A stretch of DNA of 64,000 bases from the NCBI GenBank assembly GCA_001785445.1, contig MFTV01000016.1, forward strand, positions 159,859 through 223,858, read 5' to 3'. Source of the stretch: Candidatus Nomurabacteria bacterium RIFCSPHIGHO2_02_40_30 (GTDB taxonomy: Bacteria > Patescibacteriota > Minisyncoccia > Phycocordibacterales > UBA9973). Of this stretch, positions 27,287-37,200 are shown one piece after another (within the stretch, counting starts at the first letter, position 1; each line of letters begins with the position of its first letter). The position numbers and the translations under genes are program-made. The notes under the pieces were generated by a model. It ran no database searches and was not told the origin of the DNA. It saw nothing but the letters and a program-made list of their open reading frames with translations.

Positions 27287-28153
27287 TTATAATGTGGTTT
27301 CCACTTTCATTTTTAATGCATCCCTCAACGACTTGATTGCGTCGTTCAAAGACTGATGCGCATTCTTTAATAATGTTTGTGTATCTTGCGCCAATGTTCG
27401 CAATGTTGTCCTGTTTTCAGTTGAAAGTTCGTCAATCGAAAGAGATAGTAAGGCATTTGCTTCTGCAATTTTTGTTTTTGCCTCATTTAATTTAGCTTCT
27501 GCCGTAGCTACAAAACTTAGGGCTGTCGTCACATCTACTCCTTTAGCTTCCAGCTTGGTTACTTGGGTATTAACCTTATCTTTGAGTTTACTGATTCTTT
27601 CAACAGCTGTGTCGAATCTTTCAAGAGCTTTTTCTCGTCCCAGCACCCTAGTTTCTTTTATTTTTGCCTTGACTGCATCTTTCTCGTCTTTGATTTTAGC
27701 TCGGAGGTCTTCCATTTTTTGCTTGGCCTCCTCTCTTTTTACTTCTATTACTTTTTTTACTTCTTCCCTTTTAGTCTTCATTTCAGTGCGTATTGCTTCA
27801 CGCTTCTCTTTCATCTCTGTGTTGAAAGCCTCTCTCTTTGTTTGCATTTCTTTTCTCACTTCCTCTCTTCCATCTTTCACTTTGTCTTTAGCTGCTTCTC
27901 TAACTGTTTTTATTTCAGCTTGGTTCGCTTCACGTCTGGCTTTTAAGTCAGCCTGAACTTGCATTTGGGCTTTTAGGCGCGCATCTGCATCTGCTCTTCT
28001 TTTTTGCGCCGGAGTCGTAACAGCTCCTATATTTGTTTCCGCAGTTACATTGGTGGTAGCAGAAACTTCCGCGTTTTCTTCGGCATATATAGTGTGTGCG
28101 TTCAAAACAAGTATTATTGCTAAAGGAATAAACAAAGTTAAATATTTTTTCAT
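27287..28153 (-). CDS. Secreted coiled-coil protein (K/E/R/A-rich repeats)
   Basis: Signal peptide MKKYLTLFIPLAIILVLNAHTIYA; repetitive KREE/EVKK heptad-like sequence. Confidence 0.5.
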   Translation of the reverse strand: MKKYLTLFIPLAIILVLNAHTIYAEENAEVSATTNVTAETNIGAVTTPAQKRRADADARLKAQMQVQADLKARREANQAEIKTVREAAKDKVKDGREEVRKEMQTKREAFNTEMKEKREAIRTEMKTKREEVKKVIEVKREEAKQKMEDLRAKIKDEKDAVKAKIKETRVLGREKALERFDTAVERISKLKDKVNTQVTKLEAKGVDVTTALSFVATAEAKLNEAKTKIAEANALLSLSIDELSTENRTTLRTLAQDTQTLLKNAHQSLNDAIKSLRDALKMKVETTL

Positions 28154-28194
28154 AAGTATTTTAGTATTAAACTATTAATAATAGACCTAGCCTA

Positions 28195-30210
28195 TTATAT
28201 CAAAAACGCCACCAAAAGTAACGCAACTATGTTTAGTATTTTGATCATAGGATTGATAGCAGGACCAGCTGTGTCTTTATATGGGTCTCCTACAGTGTCT
28301 CCGGTAACTGCAGCCTTATGGGCCTCACTACCTTTTCCGCCATGGTTTCCTTGTTCAATGTGTTTCTTGGCATTGTCCCATGCACCCCCTCCAGAAGTCA
28401 TTGAAATCGCCACGAAAAGTCCGGTAATAATAGAGCCTACCAGTAACCCTCCCAGAACCACAAAACCTTTCTCTTGACCAAAAAGCAAAATGACTAATAT
28501 CGGCGCGAATACAGGGATAAGAGCCGGCAGTATCATTTGTTTGATAGCTGCACCGGTAATAATTGATACGGCCTTGGCATAGTCCGGCAACGCTCTCCCT
28601 TCCATGATTCCTTTTATTTCTCTAAATTGTCTCCTGATTTCTTCCACGACTTTGCCGGCAGTTTTACCCACAGCTTCCATGCATAATGCTCCGAAATAGT
28701 ACGGCAAGAGTCCTCCGATAAAAAGCCCGACAATCACATATGGATTACTCAAATCAAAAGTTATGGCCTTGCCAGCTTTTGCAATCTCTTCTGTGTAGGA
28801 GGCAAAAAGAACAAGCGCGGCGAGTCCGGCCGAGCCTATAGCGTAGCCTTTAGTGACTGCTTTAGTAGTGTTGCCTACGGCATCTAGTGGATCAGTAACA
28901 TCGCGAACTTCTTTCGGAAGCTCGGCCATCTCGGCAATGCCTCCGGCATTATCGGTGATAGGGCCATAGGCGTCTATGGCCACAATAATTCCTGTCATGG
29001 AAAGCATAGACATTGCGGCCACAGCTATTCCGTACAGGCCAGCGTAGTTGTAGCTTACTAATATCCCAAGAACGATTGTAAATAAAGGCCAAGCAGTGGA
29101 CTTCATTGATATGGCTAAACCTTGAATCACATTTGTGCCGTGACCGGATACCGATGCTTCCGCAATTGATTTCACGGGAGCATATTTTGTCGAGGTAAAA
29201 TATTCTGTAATTATGACCAGAGCTCCAGTAACAAAAAGACCCACCACTGAACAAATAAATAAGTCCATTACCTCGTATTTGCCATTACCTGCCATCAATA
29301 ATTTAGTAACAGGGTAGAAAGAAATTAAAGCAAGAATTCCGGAAGCTACTAGACCTTTGTATAAAGCTCCCATTATATTACTCGATTGATTACCCAAACG
29401 CACAAACCAAGTGCCGACAATTGACGCAAAAATTGCTACTCCGCCAATTACTAACGGGTAAAGAATTGCATTTTCAAAACCGACAAAAAGTAGGGAACCG
29501 AGTAGCATTGTAGCCACTGAAGTAACAGCGTAAGTTTCAAATAAGTCCGCAGCCATACCGGCGCAGTCGCCAACATTGTCGCCAACATTGTCTGCGATAA
29601 CTCCAGGGTTTCTTGGGTCGTCTTCTGGTATGCCTGCCTCAAGCTTACCGACAAGGTCTGCGCCCACATCCGCTGCTTTGGTAAAAATTCCTCCTCCTAA
29701 TCTTGCGAAAATAGAAATTAGCGAAGCCCCGAAGCCAAGGCCGACAAGCGCGGTAATATCTTTGGTAATTGCATAAAATAAAGTGACTCCAAGTAAGGCA
29801 AGGCCCACTACCAGAAGCCCGGTAACTGTGCCGCCTTTAAATGCTAGAGAGAGAGCACTTTCTATACCTTGTCTGGCAGCTTCTGTTGTGCGGACATTTG
29901 CTCGCACAGAAACATTCATACCTATGTATCCAGCGAGAGCAGAGAAGACAGCTCCGATCAAAAATCCGAGAGCCATAGTCCAGCCGAGCTTGGGTACAAA
30001 ACCAATAATAAAGAAAAGTATTAATGCTATAACTGCAATAGTTTTGTATTGTTTATTTAAATAAGCACTAGCACCGTCTTGTATTGCTTTGGCAATTTCC
30101 TGCATGCGCGCATTTCCGGCGCTCTTTTTTAAAATTGACTTAGCTAAAAATAAACCGTAAACAATAGCCACAACGGAACTGATAATTGCAAACCATAAAA
30201 AGTTACTCAT
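28195..30210 (-). CDS. hppA: Membrane-bound H+/Na+-translocating pyrophosphatase
   Basis: [18 protein letters not shown] and [19 protein letters not shown] signature motifs; ~15 TM helices; 671 aa. Confidence 0.9.
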   Translation of the reverse strand: MSNFLWFAIISSVVAIVYGLFLAKSILKKSAGNARMQEIAKAIQDGASAYLNKQYKTIAVIALILFFIIGFVPKLGWTMALGFLIGAVFSALAGYIGMNVSVRANVRTTEAARQGIESALSLAFKGGTVTGLLVVGLALLGVTLFYAITKDITALVGLGFGASLISIFARLGGGIFTKAADVGADLVGKLEAGIPEDDPRNPGVIADNVGDNVGDCAGMAADLFETYAVTSVATMLLGSLLFVGFENAILYPLVIGGVAIFASIVGTWFVRLGNQSSNIMGALYKGLVASGILALISFYPVTKLLMAGNGKYEVMDLFICSVVGLFVTGALVIITEYFTSTKYAPVKSIAEASVSGHGTNVIQGLAISMKSTAWPLFTIVLGILVSYNYAGLYGIAVAAMSMLSMTGIIVAIDAYGPITDNAGGIAEMAELPKEVRDVTDPLDAVGNTTKAVTKGYAIGSAGLAALVLFASYTEEIAKAGKAITFDLSNPYVIVGLFIGGLLPYYFGALCMEAVGKTAGKVVEEIRRQFREIKGIMEGRALPDYAKAVSIITGAAIKQMILPALIPVFAPILVILLFGQEKGFVVLGGLLVGSIITGLFVAISMTSGGGAWDNAKKHIEQGNHGGKGSEAHKAAVTGDTVGDPYKDTAGPAINPMIKILNIVALLLVAFLI

Positions 30211-30214
30211 TTTT

Positions 30215-31372
30215 TTATTCGTTTATTTTATCACTAATAATTTCTTTGTCCGGAACTACTGTGCCATCGCCCTTGATATCTATTCTCCAACCAGTGAGTT
30301 TGGCGGCTAGGCGCACGTTTTGTCCGCCCTTGCCGATAGCCAGAGACAATTGGTCATCAGCCACTTCTACCACAGCTTTATGTTCTTTTTCGTCTACTTC
30401 GATAGAGATAACTTTGGCTGGGGACAGAGAATTAGAAACAAAAATTTTAGGGTCAGAAGACCAAGGAATAATATCAATTTTTTCTCCAGAGAGCTCGCTG
30501 GTAATAGTGTTTACTCGCGTGCCTTTCTGTCCGACGCAAGAACCGACAGCATCAATGTGTTCGTCATTAGAAAATACCGCTATCTTAGAACGCGCTCCCG
30601 GCTCTCTAGCTATAGACTTCAACTCTACAATTCCATTCTGGATTTCTGGCGCTTCAATGGCAAAAAGTTTCTCTATAAATTTAGGGTGCGTACGGGAAAG
30701 GCGCAAATTGATGCCCCTAGGGCTGTCTTCCACCGAGTATAGGTAGGCGCGGACTCGTTGTCCTCGCTCCCAAAATTCCCCTGGGATTTGTTCTTCCGCC
30801 GGCAAGATACCGGTCGCACGGTTAAAGTCTATATATATATTTCCTCTCTCAACTTTCTGCACCACTCCGCCAACTATTTCTCCCTCTTTGGTGCCATATT
30901 CGTCTATTATAGAAGTGCGTTCTGCCTCGCGGATTTTCTGGATGATGACTTGCTTGGCCGTCTGGGCGGCTATGCGTCCGTAGTCTTCTTTGGCCTCCAG
31001 TGGAAAAATAATTTCATCATTTAATTCTACCCCTTTTTTTATTTTCTTGGCGTCTTCGAGCATGATGTGATGCTCGGCGTTGAAGTGCACGCGTTCATCC
31101 TCGGTATCTTTTACCGAATACTCTTTCTCTTTTTTATTTTCTTCACCCACGATTGCGATACTTTCATCCACCACGATTTTCACTTGGAAGAATTCTGTCT
31201 TGCCGGTGTCTAAGTTAAATTTTGCGCGAATTATTTGTCCTTTTTTGCCGTAATCTTTTTTGTAAGCGGCAGCCATGGCTTGCTCTATGGCGTCTAGGAT
31301 TTTTTCTTTTGGAATTTTTCTCTCTTCTTCTAATTGCTCCAAAGCTGACTTGAATGTTTTGATGTCTAACAT
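30215..31372 (-). CDS. nusA: Transcription termination/antitermination factor NusA
   Basis: NusA N-terminal domain, S1 domain ([20 protein letters not shown]) and two KH domains ([12 protein letters not shown]; [21 protein letters not shown]). Confidence 0.9.
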   Translation of the reverse strand: MLDIKTFKSALEQLEEERKIPKEKILDAIEQAMAAAYKKDYGKKGQIIRAKFNLDTGKTEFFQVKIVVDESIAIVGEENKKEKEYSVKDTEDERVHFNAEHHIMLEDAKKIKKGVELNDEIIFPLEAKEDYGRIAAQTAKQVIIQKIREAERTSIIDEYGTKEGEIVGGVVQKVERGNIYIDFNRATGILPAEEQIPGEFWERGQRVRAYLYSVEDSPRGINLRLSRTHPKFIEKLFAIEAPEIQNGIVELKSIAREPGARSKIAVFSNDEHIDAVGSCVGQKGTRVNTITSELSGEKIDIIPWSSDPKIFVSNSLSPAKVISIEVDEKEHKAVVEVADDQLSLAIGKGGQNVRLAAKLTGWRIDIKGDGTVVPDKEIISDKINE

Positions 31373-31389
31373 ATATTTTTGTACCAGAT

Positions 31390-31418
31390 AGAGGCTAAAC
31401 CTCTATCTGGTGGTTATT
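31390..31418 (-). promoter_or_regulatory. Perfect 11-bp-stem hairpin in the nusA 5' leader
   Basis: ccagatagagg-ctaaa-cctctatctgg, immediately upstream of the nusA start. Confidence 0.3.
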
Positions 31419-31535
31419 AAATTTTTCTAATAAAAAAGCCCCGTTGTTACAGGACTTACCAATTGGGAGCATACCACACCCCTTTTTTTGATGCAAGCAC
31501 TTGACTTATATATATAACAAGTATATGGTGTATAT

Positions 31536-31808
31536 ATGAATAATGCAGTTATAAATTTTAATACAGATGCTAAACTTAAAAGCGAGGCGAAACAAGTCCT
31601 AGACGAGATGGGACTAAATTTCTCTATTGCCTTAAATGCTTATTTAAGGAAACTAGTTGTAGAAAAAAGGATAGAGTTTACTACACCAGAGATACCCAAT
31701 GCTCGTTTAAGAAAAGCGATAAGAGAAGGGCGCAAAGAGTATGCCACTGGAAAGATGAAAGTCTATAAAACTCACGAAGAATTGGAGAAGCATCTCCTGT
31801 CTTTATGA
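31536..31808 (+). CDS. dinJ: Type II antitoxin, DinJ/RelB family
   Basis: INFNTDAKLKSEAKQVLDEMGLNFSIALNAYLRKLV matches the DinJ N-terminus; overlaps the downstream toxin by 4 nt. Confidence 0.7.
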   Translation: MNNAVINFNTDAKLKSEAKQVLDEMGLNFSIALNAYLRKLVVEKRIEFTTPEIPNARLRKAIREGRKEYATGKMKVYKTHEELEKHLLSL

Positions 31809-32068
31809 TTGATATATTAACTAGTAAAAAATACGATAAATCTTTCAAAAAGAAAGATAAATTTGTGCAACAGAAAGCTCTTGAGCGAATAAGACTTTTT
31901 AGAGAAGACCCCTTTAATGCCTTATTAGATAATCACAAGTTACATGGAGAATATGAAGGGTGCAACAGCATAAATATTACTGGGGATTTTCGGGCAATTT
32001 TTGAATATATTACTAAAAATAAAGTAGTCTTTTACGACATAGGCACCCATCCGGAATTATATCGATAA
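31805..32068 (+). CDS. yafQ: Type II toxin, RelE/YafQ family mRNA interferase
   Basis: 87 aa; HKLHGEYEGCNSINITGDFRAIFEY...VFYDIGTHPELY matches the YafQ/RelE C-terminal pattern. Confidence 0.7.
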   Translation: MIDILTSKKYDKSFKKKDKFVQQKALERIRLFREDPFNALLDNHKLHGEYEGCNSINITGDFRAIFEYITKNKVVFYDIGTHPELYR

Positions 32069-32077
32069 ATGTGAAAG

Positions 32078-32112
32078 AAGACAAAAACGGTCTAAAAGCC
32101 GTTTTTGTCTTC
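32078..32112. terminator. Bidirectional intrinsic terminator between yafQ (+) and the GIY-YIG gene (-)
   Basis: gaagacaaaaacgg-tctaaaa-gccgtttttgtcttc, perfect 14-bp stem, T-rich run downstream. Confidence 0.7.
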
Positions 32113-32186
32113 TTAGTCTTTCTTTTTTTATTTCGTCCTTATAAATAAAGGTTTTTTATACACTATTTACCCCCACACCTTTTGTT

Positions 32187-32495
32187 TTATTGAAGACTTT
32201 CGGAGATTCTTTTTTTCAATTGCCCAAGTGCCTTACCATCTTTCTTTAACATATATTCTCTTGTCCTAGCGTCATCCTCACTCTTACAAGCTTCATAATA
32301 TCGAATTTCAAATGGTCTTCTAGCTTTAGTTGAACGATTAAGTCCCTTGTTATGTTCCGAAAGTCTTCGCTTCAGGTCATTGGTTGAGCCTATATATAGT
32401 TTGTCATCTTTTAAGCTTTTTAGAATATATACATAAAACATAATCATATTATAGGACCTGAAGCTATAAAACGAAAGGTGTGGGGGGTTATCCAC
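32187..32495 (-). CDS. Small GIY-YIG nuclease-domain protein (start probably at the internal MFYVYIL)
   Basis: FYVYILKSLKDDKLYIGSTNDLKRRLSEHN is the GIY-YIG signature; ~85-100 aa. Confidence 0.75.
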   Translation of the reverse strand: MDNPPHLSFYSFRSYNMIMFYVYILKSLKDDKLYIGSTNDLKRRLSEHNKGLNRSTKARRPFEIRYYEACKSEDDARTREYMLKKDGKALGQLKKRISESLQ

Positions 32496-32514
32496 CTTTT
32501 ATGCACAATATGTA

Positions 32515-32542
32515 TTGACAAACAGGGGAAGGGTGGTATAAT
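32515..32542 (+). promoter_or_regulatory. Near-consensus sigma70 promoter (TTGACA-N16-TATAAT), followed by a two-hairpin 5' leader
   Basis: ttgaca (~32515-32520) and tataat (~32537-32542); leader hairpins gcgtaaaca-gga-tgtttacgc (~32563-32585) and ccgtca-gaagat-tgacgg (~32600-32617). Confidence 0.45.
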
Positions 32543-32622
32543 TGACAGTAGGAATAATTCGTTGCGTAAACAGGATGTTTACGCTTTGACAATTTCGTTT
32601 TTTTTGGGTTTCCGTCAGAAGA

Positions 32623-33393
32623 TTGACGGAGCCCATGAAAGGGTTTTTTATGAAGAAGTTTTTGATGGCCGTAGCCATCATCGTTGTGATGACGACGATG
32701 GCTCATGGCCAGCAGGTAGTCTTGGCTCCCGGAAGAGTTCCGGGGGTCGAGGGCTACCTTCCTGTGGTCGTGGCTGGTGACGGAAACCAGACCACACTAC
32801 TAGTGCGGGGGCCAGCAGGCACAGCGAAAAAAGTTGGTTTCGACTTGTTCGACCAGGATGGTCAAGCGAGTCAGCTCCTCGTAAATGGGGAGCCAGCAGT
32901 TTTATTCGTGGCGGTTACTAATCCCATGACGGGAAAGGTTGTCACCGAACTGACATGGAGTGGTCAGTTCAAGGTGGTTTGGGTGAAAGTTACCCAGCCA
33001 CTGAACATAAACGGAGTGCCAGAGACCTCGGTCTCCATGGCGCTCCAAAAGGTTATCGGCGCAGGTGTCGTTCCCTTCGCCGCTGACCTTGCTCCCGTGG
33101 AAGCGACGAAAGTCGCCACCTTCTACGGCGGGAAAAGAACTGGGTTGGCTTTTTGCAACCCGAACGACACAACCGTAACGATTTCGATCACCAGAGAGGG
33201 GGCGGAGGTCGTTACAAAAAATCTTGCGCCAAAAGCGCAAGTCTCCCTTTTCCTGGGGGAGTTGTTCTCAAAGTTTTCTTCAGGAGTCGAGTTCATCCGA
33301 ATCGACTCCAGTCTGCCGGTGGCCGTCATGCCACTCGTCACAGACGGAGAAAATTTCTTCACCCTGTCGGTGGACAGAGTGAGGGGGAATTAG
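32623..33393 (+). CDS. Secreted hypothetical protein with atypically high GC (probable start at the ATG of MKKFLMAVAIIVV, ~32650; the ORF-track start is TTG)
   Basis: Signal peptide; gene body ~55% GC versus ~38% in surrounding genes; flanked by a local AT-rich promoter and a GC-rich terminator. Confidence 0.55.
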   Translation: MTEPMKGFFMKKFLMAVAIIVVMTTMAHGQQVVLAPGRVPGVEGYLPVVVAGDGNQTTLLVRGPAGTAKKVGFDLFDQDGQASQLLVNGEPAVLFVAVTNPMTGKVVTELTWSGQFKVVWVKVTQPLNINGVPETSVSMALQKVIGAGVVPFAADLAPVEATKVATFYGGKRTGLAFCNPNDTTVTISITREGAEVVTKNLAPKAQVSLFLGELFSKFSSGVEFIRIDSSLPVAVMPLVTDGENFFTLSVDRVRGN

Positions 33394-33415
33394 GGCGGTG
33401 CGAGGAGCACCGCCC
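33393..33415 (+). terminator. GC-rich hairpin terminator, followed by two further hairpins (~33416-33436, ~33459-33482)
   Basis: gggcggtgc-gagga-gcaccgccc; then ccagaagc-cttttg-gcttctgg; then gccggaagcaaaatgtcttctggc followed by attttttatt. Confidence 0.55.
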
Positions 33416-33526
33416 CCAGAAGCCTTTTGCTTCTGGTTCATATCGTTTTTATATGTGCCGGAAGCAAAATGTCTTCTGGCATTTTTTATTGCCCAAAATT
33501 GATTTGGTGTATAACTTTTTATTGCA

Positions 33527-34282
33527 TTGCAGTATAGCAGGGTATATAATTGTTCTATATATATGATGACCCAGAATTCTAAAATAGGCCTAGGACTAGT
33601 TGCTGTTATTATTTTGGTCTTGATAGTTTTCTGGTACCCGAGTTATAAAGTTCAAAATATTCAAAATGAACAAAAAGATAAGTTAATTTTGGACGATAAA
33701 GTTTACAAGCTCAACAAGCTAGTGCTAGCTCACGAATGCTCTCAAGTTTTAGAAGAAGCTGAAGCGTATCTCTCAACAAATGCCGACGCCGAGCAAATTT
33801 GGAGCGCATTAGGAGCTTGCCAGTTTGACCTCGGAAAATTTAAAGATGCAAAAGATAGTTTTCAAAAAGTTCTTGCATTAGAACCCGAAAATGTTGCCGC
33901 CAAGAACTATTTAAAACAAATGGAATTTAAAACAGGTGAAATTGTGGTTACCGGCACGGAAACTCCTTTTGATAAGATAGAGTTCGAGTCGAGGATGGGA
34001 CTCAACTTTGATGAGATTTTGACTTTTGTAAAGGCCACCGAGAAACCTTCCAATATATTGGAGTATTTATTAGCAAGCTATACCACTACCAACAGCTTGG
34101 ACAACACAATTTTATTTTTGAAAGATGCTTTGAAAAAAGCCGGCATGAATTTTACTTTTTCTGGAGCCAAAACAGGCACCATTATTTCTTATGGGAATGA
34201 AAAAGAAAGAAAAATAATCATGCTTGAGAAGAAGAATTCTTTAGTAAAAGTGGAAATGAATTATCAAAAATTAACAAATTAA
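33527..34282 (+). CDS. Membrane-anchored TPR-repeat protein
   Basis: N-terminal TM ([17 protein letters not shown]); TPR-like helices ([36 protein letters not shown]). Confidence 0.5.
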   Translation: MQYSRVYNCSIYMMTQNSKIGLGLVAVIILVLIVFWYPSYKVQNIQNEQKDKLILDDKVYKLNKLVLAHECSQVLEEAEAYLSTNADAEQIWSALGACQFDLGKFKDAKDSFQKVLALEPENVAAKNYLKQMEFKTGEIVVTGTETPFDKIEFESRMGLNFDEILTFVKATEKPSNILEYLLASYTTTNSLDNTILFLKDALKKAGMNFTFSGAKTGTIISYGNEKERKIIMLEKKNSLVKVEMNYQKLTN

Positions 34283-37200
34283 TGAAAAACAAACATTACA
34301 CATTATTATTCGCAAGCATAATTATCTCTATTTTTTTTGGGGTAAACCTTGCCAATGCTTCCACTCTCAATGTCTCCGGCTGGGCAAACTCTGCTTGTAA
34401 TGCAAGCAACGGTACTTCTTTTTCCATTACCGAAGACAGGTCTTTTTATATTACTAATGCTTGGATCGGAGGCAATGGAGTATGGGATGATCAGATAGGA
34501 TTTTCCGGCACATTTAACGGAAATGTTGTCGTAAATACCAGCGCTGGTTGGTCAGGTGGATGTAGTGGTGATGCTCAAGCTGGAAGTGGCTACACTGATT
34601 TTTATCCTCTCTCTATGACTGGCTCAACGGACAACGATACTTTTACTTTTTCTCTTCTGGCTCTGCAAAAAAGAGATGAGATATCATCAAGTAATACCTT
34701 TCATGGAAGCATTGAATATAGCTACACAAAAAATCTCTGTAGTCCCGGGCAATATACTTTAAACAATGGATGTGTATGGGACACCGGAACGATTTCCGTT
34801 AGCGCAGGTGGTACCACTGTCACCAGTAGCAACGCTAGTCCCGGAGGGTCTGTATCATGCACCGCTCCTTGTAGCCCAGTAATTAGTTGGAATGTAACCA
34901 GTGGTTTGCCTAGTTCTGGTCAAGTTAGAAAAAATAATGCGGTTTGGAACAGCGGGAACAATTCTGGCAATGTGACAGACTCTGGGCTTGGCGTCGGAAC
35001 TTACTCATATGATTTATATATTCAAGATGGCCACGGAGATTATCAAGGAATTCAAGGTCCGACTGTAACAGTTGCCGATGTTCCTATTGTCCCTACCCCC
35101 ACAGCCACTATGTCTGTTTTAGTAACTAAATTTGACCTTACTCCGACTAAAAAAAGTGACACGGCTACTGTAAAAAATGAAAGTGCGACAAGTGGTGGAA
35201 GTTTTGGTGTTATATGTACTGTTCCAACAGCTTTTCCTGGTCTTACATCAAGTTCAATAGATTGTCCTGACTCAGAATCATTTACTGCCAACTCCAGCAA
35301 ATCTTTTTCTGTAACACTTGACTCTAATACTCCAACTACTCCTGGAACTTACACAGGAGTTATGAGGATAAAAGCTACTGGAGAAAATGGAACAATTGTT
35401 TCAGGTGATTCAAAGGATATTGCCATTAGTTACGTTGTGCCTACAGTCGTAACTCCTGTTCCCACTTGTAGCGCTGACCCCACGACTGTTTTGGTTGGAC
35501 AAAATACCACTTTGACTGGGAGAAGCGGTGACGGTAGCAATTATTCTTGGTCAGCTTCAGGTGGCAATTTCAGCTCCACTAGCGGCAAGACGGTTACCGT
35601 AAACTTTGGTTCCACAGGGCAGAAAAATATATCCGTGACCAGTGGAGGCTCCACGGGTGCTTGCGCAGTTACTGTCAGCGCTACACCTGTTATGTCGGGC
35701 ACCCTTACTCCGTCGTCAACCTCTTGCGAAATTTATTCTGGTGCTTCTACTTGTAACGTAACCTTAACTTGGAGCACAACTAATCCAGAAGCTACATCTG
35801 CTGTGACAGCTGCTGCTTCACCATATGCGCCTGCTGTTAATGTAAGTGGAAATTCCGGCTCCCAATCTTTTGCTGTTCCGTATAGTAGTCGAACTTTTTA
35901 TCTTTATAACAACGCTAAATCTCTCGTTCCCACTTCTCCAAATGGCACTGGGGTAACTGTTACTTCAAGCTGTGTGGCAGGAACCACTTGGACTAGTGGT
36001 GCTTGTATTACAACTACAGCGCCACCGTCGCCTACGTGTCCTTCTGGCCAAACAGGAACACCTCCAAATTGTACAACACCTCCAACTTCAGGTAGTGTAA
36101 CTCTTACGGCTAATCCTAACTCAGGACCTGCGCCATTAAACGGAGTATCTCTCCGCGCAGCCGTTGGCGACTCTGCAGGATGGAAATATTATTATTATTT
36201 CTTCTGTAATGCCCCAAATCCAGTAGCCGTTCCTCCGGGTGGTTCTAATCCTCCATTTAATAACGATGGTGGGTCTGTGACGTATACTTCAAGTACAACT
36301 GCCAACTCAAGCAATAACTGCAATTATTCTTCTGCTGGTACTTACACCGGCAGAGTAGCTGTTTTGAAATATCAAGGTTCAGACCCGTTTACGACCAACT
36401 ACTGGCAGAATTCTTCAAACTGGAGACAGGCAACTGCTGCAGTGACAGCTACCACTCCTGTTTCTCCTATCACCGTCTCTCTCACTGCCAATCCACCTTC
36501 TATGACTCTACCTACCAACTCTACTATTCTGACTTGGACAACCACCGGTAATCCGACAAGTTGTATAGCATCCAACGGTTGGAGTGGAGCCAAAACAGCT
36601 AGTGGTGGAACTGAAAACAGAACAGGTCTGACTGCTCAAACCTATACCTACAATATTACCTGTTCAAAGTCAGGAGTGCCTGATGTTATAGACACAGCGA
36701 CGGTGGTGGTTACTGCCCCTGTTATGTCCGGCACTCTTGCTCCCACTAATCCTCCCGGACTTTCTTCTTGTATTATCGCATCTGGAGCTTCCGCCTGTAA
36801 CATAAATTTTTCTTGGACTACCACTAACCCTGTGAGCACTTCTTCTGTTACTAGAAATCCATCTTCCGGTTTTAATCCACCTCTTCAAAATTCTGGCACT
36901 AATGTTCCTTTTCCTGTGCCATACAACACCGCCACTTTCTTTCTTTATAATAATAATACCGAACTTGCTCAAAGCGCTGTCACTGCCAGTTGCGTGTCCG
37001 GCACTACTTGGGATGGGAGTAAGTGTGCTGTACCGTTGCCAGCGGCTCCGTCTAACCTGCAAGCGAGCAACGCTATCTGTGGAGCTATCCGCCTGACTTG
37101 GCAGGATAATTCCAACAACGAAACTGGGTTTAGAATTTACCGTAGTCGAAGCCAAAGCTTCAGCATTGGTGGATACTATGCTACCGTTGGAGCCAATGTT

